From contig JALOTQ010000001.1 of the NCBI GenBank assembly GCA_025457815.1, positions 17-64,016 on the forward strand: a stretch of DNA of 64,000 nucleotides, in the 5' to 3' direction. Shown piece after piece: positions 21,044-30,415 of this stretch. Positions within the stretch are counted from its first letter, which is position 1, and every line of letters starts with the position of its first letter. The notes beneath the pieces are model-generated. The model worked only from the letters and a program-made list of their open reading frames with translations. It had not been told where the DNA came from and did no database searches. Made by a program: the position numbers and the translations under genes. The stretch comes from Thermoplasmata archaeon. GTDB taxonomy: Archaea > Thermoplasmatota > Thermoplasmata > UBA10834.

Positions 21044-22846
21044 TCACTTCGGCACGTGCTTGTCCAGGAAGTTGACAGACCTCGTGTACAGGTCAATCAG
21101 GTTCTTCCGCTTGCGTGGCCAGTGCCCTTCGTCCGTGTATTCGTGATACTCGGGCTCGTTCCCGAGTTCCTTCAACTTCTTCACGACCGCCCTTGACTCT
21201 GTCGGTGGGCACCTTACATCCTTCGACGAAGCGGTCATGAGGAGAGGCGCCTTCAGGCTGTGGAGGAAGTTGATGGGCGAGCGTTCGCGGAGGAACTCAG
21301 AGTCTCTGCTGAAGTCGCCCATCTTGCTCTCGTCGTACTTCTTCAGGTAGCCCCTCTCAGCCTCGTGCTCCGTCATCCAATCGAAGAAGCCAACGATGGA
21401 CACTCCAGCTGCCCACATGTCCGGATGCTTAGTCAGCGCGAGCATGCATGTGAAGCCGCTATAGCTGGCTCCCCAGTAGCACAGCCTTTCCTTGTCCACG
21501 AACCCACGGGCGATAAGGTACTTCCCTGCGTAGACGGTGTCAAGATAGTCTCCGCCTCCGAGGTCCCCGTCATGCAGGTGCAGGAACTCCCTTCCGAACC
21601 CTGTCGAGCCGCGGTAGTTCGGCTTGATGACATAGAACCCCTTGTCGAGCATCATGACGGTGAGCTGGTCCCAGATATCGCTATCTAGCATCTCAGGGCC
21701 GCCGTGCGGCATCACGACACCTGCTCGGCGGGTCTTGTCCCTCGGAGCAAAGAACAGCGCCTGGATCTTCCGGCGGTCGAAGGTCGTGAATCGCACGACT
21801 TCAGGCTTTATCCGAAGCGTCTTGGCGACGGGCTTCTTACGGAACTGGGTAATCTGCCTCGGCGAACCAGAGGAGACGTAGACCTCGTCCGGTCTCACAG
21901 ACGATCCGTTTACGAAGATGACTCTCTTGCCATCGGGCATCCACCTCATCATGCGCGAGCTGCCCTCCAGGGGAGAGACAATCCTCGTCACGCTGCCCGT
22001 CTTCACCTTCACGACCACAGCTGGCTCCATGTGCTCCATGTACGCCAGAGAGGCGCCATCCGGCGACCACTGCGGCACGAACTTCTCGTTCTTCGACCGG
22101 ACGAGCCACTTCGTCTTGCGCGTGCCCAGGTCCAGCTGGCCGATGTCCACGGAGTCGTTCTCGTTGGAGAGGAAGAGCAGCCGTCGGCCATCGCTCGACC
22201 ACGGAAATGGTCCCCCGAAATCCCCGGCGAGGCTGTATTCGACGTCCTTCTTCGACAGTATGCGCTTGGCCCGTTTCTTGGTCGGGTCCGCTGTCACGAT
22301 GTAGTCCTCGTCCCCGATGCCGACGTTGCAGGCGATTTGGTCGCCACGCGGCGACCACGCGAAGCCCTTGATAGGGAGGTCCTCGTCGGTCAACCTCTGG
22401 ATCTTCCCGCCCCGAGAGCCGATCACATACAGGTTCTCGATGTCGTCCTTCCTGTTCGACAGGAAGGCGATGGACTTCCCATCAGGCGAGAACTGAGGCA
22501 TGAAGTTGTCCTCGACGCTGTCCGTTATCTTCCTTGCCCGCTTGCCGTCAGGCCCGACCGTGACGACATCGTGGTTCTCGTCCCCCTCGAAATCCTTCTG
22601 GAAGGCAATCAACCGACCATCAGGCGAGAATGTTGGGTTCCTTAGTGATTGCTCTTCGGAGAGCATGTACCTCAACCTGCCAGTGTGCAGGTCGAGCATC
22701 GCCAGCTCCCAGTTCTTACCTCTGTTCACCGAGCACACGGCGGTCTTCCCTGCCGGGTGCACGTCGAAATCCTGGATCTCAACCTCGTCGAACAGGTCTC
22801 GGGCTTGACTGTCGTTCATGCTAGCATCTCGGAGCCCGAATGGCAT
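21044..22846 (-). CDS. S9-family serine peptidase (prolyl oligopeptidase / acylaminoacyl-peptidase-like) with an N-terminal beta-propeller
   Basis: 600 aa. TolB/WD40-like repeats (SPDGxxIAF, WSPDG) in the N-terminal half. C-terminal alpha/beta hydrolase with GxSxG (GASYSG) and downstream Asp/His residues. Confidence 0.75.
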   Translation of the reverse strand: MPFGLRDASMNDSQARDLFDEVEIQDFDVHPAGKTAVCSVNRGKNWELAMLDLHTGRLRYMLSEEQSLRNPTFSPDGRLIAFQKDFEGDENHDVVTVGPDGKRARKITDSVEDNFMPQFSPDGKSIAFLSNRKDDIENLYVIGSRGGKIQRLTDEDLPIKGFAWSPRGDQIACNVGIGDEDYIVTADPTKKRAKRILSKKDVEYSLAGDFGGPFPWSSDGRRLLFLSNENDSVDIGQLDLGTRKTKWLVRSKNEKFVPQWSPDGASLAYMEHMEPAVVVKVKTGSVTRIVSPLEGSSRMMRWMPDGKRVIFVNGSSVRPDEVYVSSGSPRQITQFRKKPVAKTLRIKPEVVRFTTFDRRKIQALFFAPRDKTRRAGVVMPHGGPEMLDSDIWDQLTVMMLDKGFYVIKPNYRGSTGFGREFLHLHDGDLGGGDYLDTVYAGKYLIARGFVDKERLCYWGASYSGFTCMLALTKHPDMWAAGVSIVGFFDWMTEHEAERGYLKKYDESKMGDFSRDSEFLRERSPINFLHSLKAPLLMTASSKDVRCPPTESRAVVKKLKELGNEPEYHEYTDEGHWPRKRKNLIDLYTRSVNFLDKHVPK

Positions 22847-22887
22847 CCGCTAGTTTTACACTTTGGATTGTGGCGGATGCTCAGAAG

Positions 22888-23568
22888 TCAAAGCCGCAGC
22901 TGCATGTGATGGATCTCCGCCATGTGGAGCTCCTCGGTAATGAGGAGGCCCTTGTCGACGAACCCCTTCTTCTCGAACCACCACATGGGCCCGTTGGGGA
23001 ACACCACGTCCTTCGATGCGGCTACGGACAGCGTGTCATAGCCCCATCCCTTCAGGTCTTGGATCAGCCTTCTCAGTGGTTGAGTTCTGAAGTCGTGCTT
23101 CTCGTCCGAGAGGTACGAGCATGTCAGGAACGCGTTCCCCTTCCTCTTGTCAGGGATCGGGTAAGGCACCGCCTCCGAGGGGAGGAACTCCGCGCCCCCG
23201 ACGCACCTGCCCTCGTACGAATGTGAATACCCGAGGTGCTTGAGCCCGTGGGTCCGCATTACCTTCCCGACCCATTCGGACTTCCCCATGCACAACCCCT
23301 CGTCCTCAGTCCCTGCACAGGTGGTGTGCGTTGACAGGACCGATTCGGGTTCTATCGGCAGCAGTGCGCCCTCGACGACCTTCTCGCTCTGGTTCACCGT
23401 GTACCCCACGGGCTCCACTTCGTCTTCGAGCATCGCCTGCACCATTTCCTTGGAAAAAGGACCGTGCCATCTGTGCTCGTCGTTGACGAGGAGCATGGTC
23501 GGGGAGAAGATCCTGTATTCCTCGGCCTTCCTGGGCTCCTCAGTAAGGTCGAACAGGTGGAGCATCAC
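22888..23568 (-). CDS. Hypothetical protein (possible acetyltransferase-like C-terminal region)
   Basis: 226-aa ORF with no confident family. The C-terminal GYDTLSVAASKDVVFPNGPMWWFEKKGFV is weakly GNAT-like. Assignment by reading only. Confidence 0.35.
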   Translation of the reverse strand: MMLHLFDLTEEPRKAEEYRIFSPTMLLVNDEHRWHGPFSKEMVQAMLEDEVEPVGYTVNQSEKVVEGALLPIEPESVLSTHTTCAGTEDEGLCMGKSEWVGKVMRTHGLKHLGYSHSYEGRCVGGAEFLPSEAVPYPIPDKRKGNAFLTCSYLSDEKHDFRTQPLRRLIQDLKGWGYDTLSVAASKDVVFPNGPMWWFEKKGFVDKGLLITEELHMAEIHHMQLRL

Positions 23569-23823
23569 GCGCTCCTGCCATGCGAAGGTCTTGATCCTTG
23601 CCAGCAGGTAGCAGTTGTGCGGGCATTGGTTGCCGAAGTAGAAGAACTTGAGATTCGTCCTCAGGAACGGTCCCTCCGGGCCGTCTGGCGATTGCGCTCC
23701 CCCTTCAAGTCATTTGTCCAGAATGCCTGGCAGGCGCCCTCGACAGCGAGGCAATTTGCGAGCACTATATTAAATACCAGTCAATTGTATGGCTCTCGTA
23801 CCATTCGGCTCCGCAAGGGGTCA

Positions 23824-24027
23824 ATGAGATTAAGCAAGGAGGTAGTCCTCATCGACGACAGACCACGCAGGGACGATCGCGGTTTCGGATCCCGTCCAAG
23901 GGAGATGCACACCGTGAAATGTTCTGACTGCGGAGCTGAAGCACAGGTCCCGTTCAAGCCGACGGAAGGGAGACCTGTCTATTGCAAGGATTGTTATCAG
24001 AAGCACAGGCCGCCACGCCGGTACTGA
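23824..24027 (+). CDS. Small zinc-ribbon protein (CxxC-x17-CxxC)
   Basis: MRLSKEVVLIDDRPRRDDRGFGSRPREMHTVKCSDCGAEAQVPFKPTEGRPVYCKDCYQKHRPPRRY (67 aa from ATG 23824; alternative ATG 23905 gives a 40-aa core). A TATA-like GCACTATATTAAATA lies at ~23763-23779. The 187-aa ORF-track call 23464..24027 runs through a promoter and antisense to the neighbouring gene and is not credible in full. Confidence 0.45.
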   Translation: MRLSKEVVLIDDRPRRDDRGFGSRPREMHTVKCSDCGAEAQVPFKPTEGRPVYCKDCYQKHRPPRRY

Positions 24028-24095
24028 TTTGCTTTTGGCAGGACTTTTGATATCAGTTCTCTAGCGCAAACCCTACCCGTTTATGGATTTTCTTT

Positions 24096-25067
24096 TCACA
24101 ATATCTGACCCGGAGGGCTCACGGGCGGTCTCGAGGGATCATAGACTTCCTCGGGCTGCCTGACCTGGGATTCCGCCTTCCTCTTCCTGACGAAGAGGAG
24201 CATGACCAGAGCGGCCGCTGCAAAAGCGACTATCGCGCTCGCCACGAGGGCCGTCGTCGACCCCGGGCGGTCCGACCGCGCCCCGAAGCTGTAGTATGTG
24301 AGCTCCGCTGTGAACTCCCCACCGCCGTCATTGTACGCCACTATCATGACATCGCTTCCCACCTTGTTCGAGATCCAGCGAGTTGCGCCGCCGTCATCGT
24401 ATTCTTCGTGAATCACGGTGCACGAGAATGTCCCCTCGGGAACGGTCACGGCCTCAACTCCTGTCACGGTGTAGTGAACGGTCTCCTCGAGCGAACCGGA
24501 ATACTGTATCGTGGAGAAGCCGTCATACTCGGTCGTGGTGTATTCGATCGGATATGTGTTGGTCCATTCATCGCCGACTGAGATGTAGGTCGGATCTTCA
24601 CCGGTCCCTCCAGGCGGAGAGTAGACAGAGACGTTGTAGATCCAGCCCTCCATTTCCACGTAAACGTCGGGAGGATACAACAGCTGCCAGGTCATTGACT
24701 GGTTGTATTCGGACAACATGGTGTCGTAGTTGTCCAAGTCCGTGTACTGCCGTTCCGTCAGCGTCTCGTAGCCAGTGACCGTGGCGTTATCGAATGTCCC
24801 GGTCACCTGCAAGTCCCAGATGGAGAGGAAGAGGTGGACGTCCTGGACCTCCCCGTTGATCAGCTTGGAGGTGATACCCTGGTAAGAGGCGTTCCAGATG
24901 CCGGTATACACGAGGGAATCGGAGTACTCGGTCACCTCGTACAGCCACATGTCGCCTTCCCTGTAGTAGCTCGCCACAGCGGAACTTTTCAGCGGAAGCG
25001 CAAGGACCGCGAGCAGGGCCACGATGAGAATGCACTGCAGCTTCACCAACATTGCCAACCGCGCCAC
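24096..25067 (-). CDS. Secreted or cell-surface hypothetical protein with a C-terminal TM anchor
   Basis: N-terminal signal peptide MARLAMLVKLQCILIVALLAVLALPLKSSA. Thr/Tyr/Asn-rich extracellular region with N-glycosylation-like NxS/T sites. C-terminal hydrophobic helix followed by KRK. Confidence 0.5.
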   Translation of the reverse strand: MARLAMLVKLQCILIVALLAVLALPLKSSAVASYYREGDMWLYEVTEYSDSLVYTGIWNASYQGITSKLINGEVQDVHLFLSIWDLQVTGTFDNATVTGYETLTERQYTDLDNYDTMLSEYNQSMTWQLLYPPDVYVEMEGWIYNVSVYSPPGGTGEDPTYISVGDEWTNTYPIEYTTTEYDGFSTIQYSGSLEETVHYTVTGVEAVTVPEGTFSCTVIHEEYDDGGATRWISNKVGSDVMIVAYNDGGGEFTAELTYYSFGARSDRPGSTTALVASAIVAFAAAALVMLLFVRKRKAESQVRQPEEVYDPSRPPVSPPGQIL

Positions 25068-25130
25068 TCCTGACCTGAAGCTTGTATGGACAGTCAGCGT
25101 ATATGCCCTTTACTAGAGAAACCGCGGGAG

Positions 25131-25204
25131 TGGGCCCGATCGGATTTGAACCGATGACCAACTGGTTATGAGCCAATCGCTCCGCCGGACTAAGCTACGG
25201 GCCC
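25131..25204 (-). tRNA. tRNA-Met (anticodon CAT; elongator Met or, by identity alone, tRNA-Ile2 CAU)
   Basis: The reverse complement reads GGGCCCGTAGCTTAGTCCGGCGGAGCGATTGGCTCATAACCAGTTGGTCATCGGTTCAAATCCGATCGGGCCCA: 7-bp acceptor stem, D-arm AGCTTAG...GGCGGAGC, anticodon loop CTCATAA, T-arm GGTTCAAATCC. CCA is not encoded. Confidence 0.8.
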
Positions 25205-25263
25205 GCGCGCTTCAACATAAACACAGCTCTAGTTATTAGAGGGTTTCTGTGCCAGGTTCGCGC

Positions 25264-25821
25264 TCAATACTTGTACATCCTGGCCTTGCCCACTTCAAGC
25301 TCCACTCCGAGCCCGAGCGCGACCCTGTTCGAGAAGTTGAAGTAGCTCGCGATGAGGTTGACCCTCAGTATCTCCGCGTCCGTCAGTCCCGCGTCCCTGA
25401 GGTCCTTGATGTCGTCCTGAGTGATATCCTTGGGCGCGAGCGTCAGTTTCGCTGCGTAGGCCAAGAGCGCCTTCTCTCTCGCGCTCTCGTGCTTCGTCGC
25501 GAACTCCTTCATGAGCTTGTAGAGCGCGTCCGGGTCCTTCCCGACAGTCTCCAGCGCCTCCGAGTGGTGGATCGCTCCGTATGCCGACCGGTTGGCCGCG
25601 GAGACTATCACCGCGACCATCTCGCGCTCCTCCCTCGTCAGCGGGCCGGGGTCTATCATGAGGTGGACGTACATGCGCACGTGGTCCTCGAGAATGTCCG
25701 GCTCTGCCCCCTGCGCCAGGAAGATGTTCGCGAGGTGCCCTCGCTCCTTCAGGATCTTCTCGTAGACCTTCTTCGTCTTTCCGCTCGCCTCGTCCTTTCC
25801 CACAGTCCGTATCCAGGTCAT
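25264..25821 (-). CDS. Carboxymuconolactone decarboxylase-family (AhpD-like) peroxidase-related protein
   Basis: 185 aa. The C-terminal region (TDAEILRVNLIASYFNFSNRVALGLGVELE) matches the CMD/AhpD-like helical fold. Lies directly downstream of the peroxiredoxin on the same strand. Confidence 0.65.
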   Translation of the reverse strand: MTWIRTVGKDEASGKTKKVYEKILKERGHLANIFLAQGAEPDILEDHVRMYVHLMIDPGPLTREEREMVAVIVSAANRSAYGAIHHSEALETVGKDPDALYKLMKEFATKHESAREKALLAYAAKLTLAPKDITQDDIKDLRDAGLTDAEILRVNLIASYFNFSNRVALGLGVELEVGKARMYKY

Positions 25822-25905
25822 GCCAAGGCACCCCCGTGCGGCCGACGGGCACTCGCCCGTCGCAGGTACTAGTTGAGGGCTTCTAATAAAGGTTGTCGTG
25901 GGCGT

Positions 25906-26364
25906 TCATCTGAGATTCTTCAGGACCTCGATGGCCTCGCTGATGTCCGGCTGGGTCGCGGGCTCGTACTCGCGTTTGTAGGCCACCTTGCCCTTCTTGT
26001 CTATCACGAAAATCGTCCGCTTCGCGAACCCCTTGTCCTCGTATAACGCGCCGTAGAGTGGCACGACCTTCTTGCCGAAGTCCCCCAGGAGCGGGAACTT
26101 GATCCCGAGCTCCTTCGCGAAGGCCTTCTCCGACCAAGTGCTGTCAACGCTCGACGCCAGTATCTGCGTGTCAAGCTTCAGGATTACATCCTGCTTCTCG
26201 TTCAGCTCTCCCAGCTCGTTCGTGCACACTGGGCTGAAAGCGAATGGGAAGAATGCGAGCAGGATGTTCTTCTTTCCTCTGTGCTGGCTGAGACGGACCT
26301 TCTTGCCGCTCTGATCCTCGAGCTCGAAGTCCGGGGCCATGTCTCCGACCTTTATGGTTGGCAT
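25906..26364 (-). CDS. bcp: Peroxiredoxin (thiol peroxidase, Bcp/PrxQ-like 1-Cys/atypical 2-Cys)
   Basis: 152 aa. Peroxidatic Cys in LLAFFPFAFSPVCTNE and a thioredoxin-fold AhpC/TSA signature. Confidence 0.8.
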   Translation of the reverse strand: MPTIKVGDMAPDFELEDQSGKKVRLSQHRGKKNILLAFFPFAFSPVCTNELGELNEKQDVILKLDTQILASSVDSTWSEKAFAKELGIKFPLLGDFGKKVVPLYGALYEDKGFAKRTIFVIDKKGKVAYKREYEPATQPDISEAIEVLKNLR

Positions 26365-26529
26365 AGTGCTCCTCCTTCAATCCTTCTGTCGCTCCATCCA
26401 TCTGTCGGTATTTGTCCTTAGTCCCATATCGGACCGGCGCGGTTCGCAAGGGCCAGTGGGCCGTTCGCAGGAATGATAACGAGATGGTGCCCTTAATTAC
26501 AGCGGGAGCCCAAATCGTAGCCGAGACCG

Positions 26530-27516
26530 ATGCTCACGCGGAAAGGCAGAGCCCTGTGGGTCCTGGCCCTACTGTCCCCGATTATCGCCGAGCTCTGCTC
26601 AGGCTCCTCTCCTCCCTTCGAGTTCTTCATACCCACGAGCTTCGCCCTCCTGCTAGGTCTCTACGGCGCCGGCGTGCTCGTCGTCCGGGAACTCTCGGTC
26701 ATGTGGAGGACCGGGTGGATAGGCGTGATCGTCCTTGGGGCGGCCTACGGCATTCTCGAGGAAGGGGTCGCTATCAAGAGTTTCTTCGACCCCGGGTGGA
26801 TGGACCTCGGCAACCTGGGCGTCTACGGCAGGGAGCTTGGCACGAACTGGGTCTGGGCCGTCTGGCTCACGATATACCACTCGGCGATAAGCATCTCGCT
26901 GCCGATACTGATAATCTCGCTTCTTTACCCCGACCTTAGGTCCGAGAGGCTGCTCACGGACAAGGCTTTCAAGACAGTTCTTGTCATCCTCTTCATCGAC
27001 GTGCTCGTCTGCACTACCCTTCTCAACAGCTACGTTCCGTACGCGCCCATGTACCTGCTGTCGATTGTCGCTGTGATAGGTCTCACGCTGTACGCGAAGC
27101 ATATCCCCCGCGGGTTCTTGATGCCCACCAGGGCGAACCCGTCATGGAAGCCGAGCACGTTCTTCATGATAGGGTTCTTCTTCATCCTCTTCAGCTTCGT
27201 CGTGTCTGGCGCTTTTTCGGAGACGGCACTGCCTCCATTGGTGCCGATTGCGTTGCTCCTCCTGATCGCCTTCTATGTGCTCATACTTGTCAGATACGGC
27301 ATGGGCCAGACCGGCAACACCGCCCAGAAGGCGTATTTCGCGTCAGGGATACTGTTCTTCTTCGTCCCATTCGGGATCATGAACGAGTTCAACGGGTATC
27401 CGGGGATGTCCGTCGTCGGAGTGGTCACGGCCCTGTTTATAGTCGACTTCATGCGATGGTCCGAAGGCAAGAGGGTCCGGATCTTCAGGGTCGGCTCGTG
27501 GCTCTACGGTAGATGA
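26530..27516 (+). CDS. Integral membrane protein, unknown function (~9 TM helices)
   Basis: 328 aa, strongly hydrophobic with repeated TM segments and no recognisable motif. Confidence 0.45.
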   Translation: MLTRKGRALWVLALLSPIIAELCSGSSPPFEFFIPTSFALLLGLYGAGVLVVRELSVMWRTGWIGVIVLGAAYGILEEGVAIKSFFDPGWMDLGNLGVYGRELGTNWVWAVWLTIYHSAISISLPILIISLLYPDLRSERLLTDKAFKTVLVILFIDVLVCTTLLNSYVPYAPMYLLSIVAVIGLTLYAKHIPRGFLMPTRANPSWKPSTFFMIGFFFILFSFVVSGAFSETALPPLVPIALLLLIAFYVLILVRYGMGQTGNTAQKAYFASGILFFFVPFGIMNEFNGYPGMSVVGVVTALFIVDFMRWSEGKRVRIFRVGSWLYGR

Positions 27517-27523
27517 GAAAGAA

Positions 27524-27600
27524 TGGCGCCGTCGAACGGTTTCGAACCGTTGACCTTCCGCTTAACAGGCGGACGCTCTACCAGGCTGAGCTACGACGGC
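27524..27600 (-). tRNA. tRNA-Asn (anticodon GTT), CCA encoded
   Basis: The reverse complement reads GCCGTCGTAGCTCAGCCTGGTAGAGCGTCCGCCTGTTAAGCGGAAGGTCAACGGTTCGAAACCGTTCGACGGCGCCA: canonical cloverleaf, anticodon loop CTGTTAA, T-loop GGTTCGAAACC, 3' GCCA. Confidence 0.85.
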
Positions 27601-27702
27601 GTGTTGGGCTGCGCAGGGGCGCAGTTAGAGTGACCAGTTAGATAAGCCTTTTGCACCCCTGAGACTCTCTTGCGTAAGAACAATGGGGCGGGAACTCGAC
27701 CT

Positions 27703-28020
27703 CTATTCTATCGATTCCCGCAGCTCATTGACGGTATTGCTCATCGTCTCCAGGATGTCCTTCAGGTGGTCCAGGAAATCCTGTATCTTCTGGGTCGTGA
27801 CCGCGCCGTCAGGGGAGGGATCGATCAACCCCTCCTGCTCCAGTATCCTGAGCGAGTAGCGCACCTTGTGCTGCGGGTACTCCAGCATCTCCGAGAGCCT
27901 GATGATGCCAATCGGCTCGTTGTCCATGATCGCCTTCAGCATCGCGACATGTCTCTGGAGTAGGTCTATCTCTGTCTCGATCTTGCTCGTCAGGACGGAC
28001 TTGCCAGCCTTTCCCTTCAT
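27703..28020 (-). CDS. Small winged-helix transcriptional regulator
   Basis: 105 aa. GIIRLSEMLEYPQHKVRYSLRILEQEGLI is a wHTH recognition helix-wing pattern. Divergent from the ABC-2 exporter genes. Confidence 0.5.
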   Translation of the reverse strand: MKGKAGKSVLTSKIETEIDLLQRHVAMLKAIMDNEPIGIIRLSEMLEYPQHKVRYSLRILEQEGLIDPSPDGAVTTQKIQDFLDHLKDILETMSNTVNELRESIE

Positions 28021-28180
28021 CTCTGCACCTTCTTGATCGGGTCTGATCTGTCGGAGACGCTATGTCGTGCTACATGATAGCATTTGGCCGTATTTGAACC
28101 GGAACGGGGCAACAATCGAGTTGGTAGATGAGTGTCACCAGACAACTTTGATATAATCTCTGTCGAATTGCGTAGCAAGC

Positions 28181-28927
28181 ATGGCAGTGATCGAGGGCCG
28201 CGACATACTGAAGTTCTATGGGGGCATGCGCGCCCTCGACAATGTATCGCTCACGGTCGAGAAGGGGGATTTCTTCGGGTTCTTCGGCCCGAACGGCGCC
28301 GGCAAGACCACTCTCATCAGGATACTGACTGGGCAGCTCGAACCGACCAAGGGTTCCGTCAAGGTCCTGGGCGTCGATGTCGTCAAAGACCCCCTGAAGG
28401 TGAAGGAGCTCATCGGGATCGTCCCCGAGGTGGAGAGCCCCCCGACCTATCTCACAGCGTACGAGTACCTGTACTTCGTGGGCAAGGTCAGGAACATCAA
28501 GCACCTCGAACACAGGATCGACAAATGGCTCTCGTTCTTCGACCTCGAGGAGAAGAAGGGCACGATCTGCAAGGACATGTCGAAGGGCATGAGGCAGAAG
28601 TTGATGCTCGCTTCCGCCTTCATGCACGATCCCAAGCTGCTGTTCCTCGACGAGCCGTTCATCAACCTAGACCCCATCTACCAGAGGCAGCTCAGGGAGT
28701 ATCTGGAAGAGTACGTTTCGAACGGAGGGACCGTCTTCATGGCCTCTCACATACTGGAGATCGCCGAGAGGCTCTGCAACAAGCTCTCGATTGTGAACCT
28801 TGGGAAGGTGGTCGCGGAGGGGAAGATAGATGAGCTGGTCAAAGATGGCGACACCCTCGAGCGCCTGTTCATGCGTTCCGTCGGAGTCCAAGGAGTCGGG
28901 GGTGGCCCTGCACGAAAGATCTCCTGA
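28181..28927 (+). CDS. ABC transporter ATP-binding protein (ABC-2 exporter type)
   Basis: Walker A GPNGAGKTT, signature MSKGMRQKL, Walker B LLFLDEPFINLD, H-loop SHIL. Confidence 0.85.
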   Translation: MAVIEGRDILKFYGGMRALDNVSLTVEKGDFFGFFGPNGAGKTTLIRILTGQLEPTKGSVKVLGVDVVKDPLKVKELIGIVPEVESPPTYLTAYEYLYFVGKVRNIKHLEHRIDKWLSFFDLEEKKGTICKDMSKGMRQKLMLASAFMHDPKLLFLDEPFINLDPIYQRQLREYLEEYVSNGGTVFMASHILEIAERLCNKLSIVNLGKVVAEGKIDELVKDGDTLERLFMRSVGVQGVGGGPARKIS

Positions 28928-28932
28928 AGCTG

Positions 28933-30378
28933 ATGCTGAAGGAGGAGTTCAGGACACACGCGAGCTACTCCGGCAAGGGGCGTTTCCTCACATTCCCTTT
29001 CTTCGTGTTCGTGCTGACCTTGGGGTTCGGCCTCACGCTTGACACCATCACGGAGACCGTCCCGTTCTCGCGCCTGGGCCTGTTCACGAACCTGTCGGCG
29101 TTCCTGTACGGCCTCAGCGTCGGCGCGTTCGGCCTGATGGGCAGGGAGTACCTGGAGAGGAGGTACGGACGCAGCAACTACCTCATCGCGATGCCCTATC
29201 TCCTGCCCATATCCTTCCGGACGACCTTCCTGGGCATCTACCTGAGGGACGCGCTCTTCTACGTCCTGCTGCTCATGGCGCCCGCGGGGTTCGGCCTCCT
29301 CGCCGCATCCCCGATAGCCGGATTCCACCTGTCCAGCATCGGCTTCTTCTTCCTCTCCGTGCTCGTGTCGTTCCTCATCGGGCTTTCGCTGAGCTTCCTC
29401 GCATCGGTCGTCTACATCAGGAACGCCCGTGCCTTCGTCGTCATCACGGCCGCGATCGCTGCCCTGTTCGTGTCCCACGGCGTGTTCGGAGTACCCTCGC
29501 TGGAGGCCATCGTCCCGGCGCTCGGGTTTCAGATGAACGTTCCGCCTTTCGGAGAAGACTACGGCGAGGCCGTCCTGTACCTTGCGGTGTCTCTGGCCGT
29601 CTCGGCCGTCTTCGTCACATTGGCATACTTCCTGGTCCAGGTAAGGATCAGCATATCGAGCAGGATGTACTCGGATCAGCTCCCGAAGATCCACGAGAAG
29701 TTGGGATTCGTGAAAGGCCTGAGCAGGTCCCTTCTGTCGAAGGAGTTCCTCGACCTCCGCAGGAGCGGCGTCGTGACCAAGATGTTCTTCTCGTTCGTGC
29801 TTCCTCTCCTCTTCCTCTCGTTCACGACATGGTACGTCAACTACGGGATGAACATACCAGTCGGGTTCAATGCGGTCTTCTACGCCGCCATGGTGGGCTT
29901 CATCGGGGTGATGATGTACAACTGGCTGAACAACATCGATCTGGCAGAGTACTACTCCCTGCTGCCAGTGACCGTGCCCCAGCTCATACGCATGCGGATA
30001 GTCGTGTACCTCGTTCTCACGTCGGGCATATCCGTCTTCTTCGTCGTGGCCATCGCGGTCCTGAACGGCGAGACGGAGCTGCTCTGGCTCGCCATCGTCG
30101 TGATGTTCATCACGTCCGTCTACATGGTCGTCCTCACAGCCTATCTCACGGGCCTCAAGACCAACACCTTCCTGTTCGACACGTCCGTCCTGATGAAGTT
30201 CAGCGTGATGTCCTTCCTGCCTGACGTGTGCCTCACGATCCTCTCGTTCAGCCTGCTCTCGAACTGGTTGGTCTCAGTCGTCGGCATTGCTCTCGTGCTG
30301 TCCTCGATGGGCATCACCACGTGGGTACTGTTCCGGGGCATCGAGAGCAAGTGGTCCAAGACGCCGTTCTACGCCTGA
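28933..30378 (+). CDS. ABC-2 type transporter permease (multi-TM membrane protein)
   Basis: 481 aa, >=10 predicted TM helices. Starts 5 nt after the ATPase stop. Confidence 0.6.
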   Translation: MLKEEFRTHASYSGKGRFLTFPFFVFVLTLGFGLTLDTITETVPFSRLGLFTNLSAFLYGLSVGAFGLMGREYLERRYGRSNYLIAMPYLLPISFRTTFLGIYLRDALFYVLLLMAPAGFGLLAASPIAGFHLSSIGFFFLSVLVSFLIGLSLSFLASVVYIRNARAFVVITAAIAALFVSHGVFGVPSLEAIVPALGFQMNVPPFGEDYGEAVLYLAVSLAVSAVFVTLAYFLVQVRISISSRMYSDQLPKIHEKLGFVKGLSRSLLSKEFLDLRRSGVVTKMFFSFVLPLLFLSFTTWYVNYGMNIPVGFNAVFYAAMVGFIGVMMYNWLNNIDLAEYYSLLPVTVPQLIRMRIVVYLVLTSGISVFFVVAIAVLNGETELLWLAIVVMFITSVYMVVLTAYLTGLKTNTFLFDTSVLMKFSVMSFLPDVCLTILSFSLLSNWLVSVVGIALVLSSMGITTWVLFRGIESKWSKTPFYA

Positions 30379-30415
30379 GGCCAAGGATTATCCGCCCTCA
30401 AGCGGATTGGCCTGG

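Noticed and set aside
28081-28140. tRNA-like T-loop sequence (GGTTCAAAT) on the minus strand between the wHTH regulator and the ABC ATPase
   Set aside because: No acceptor or anticodon stems can be folded around it. It lies in a divergent promoter with a TATA-like CTTTGATATAATC, so it is more likely promoter/operator sequence.
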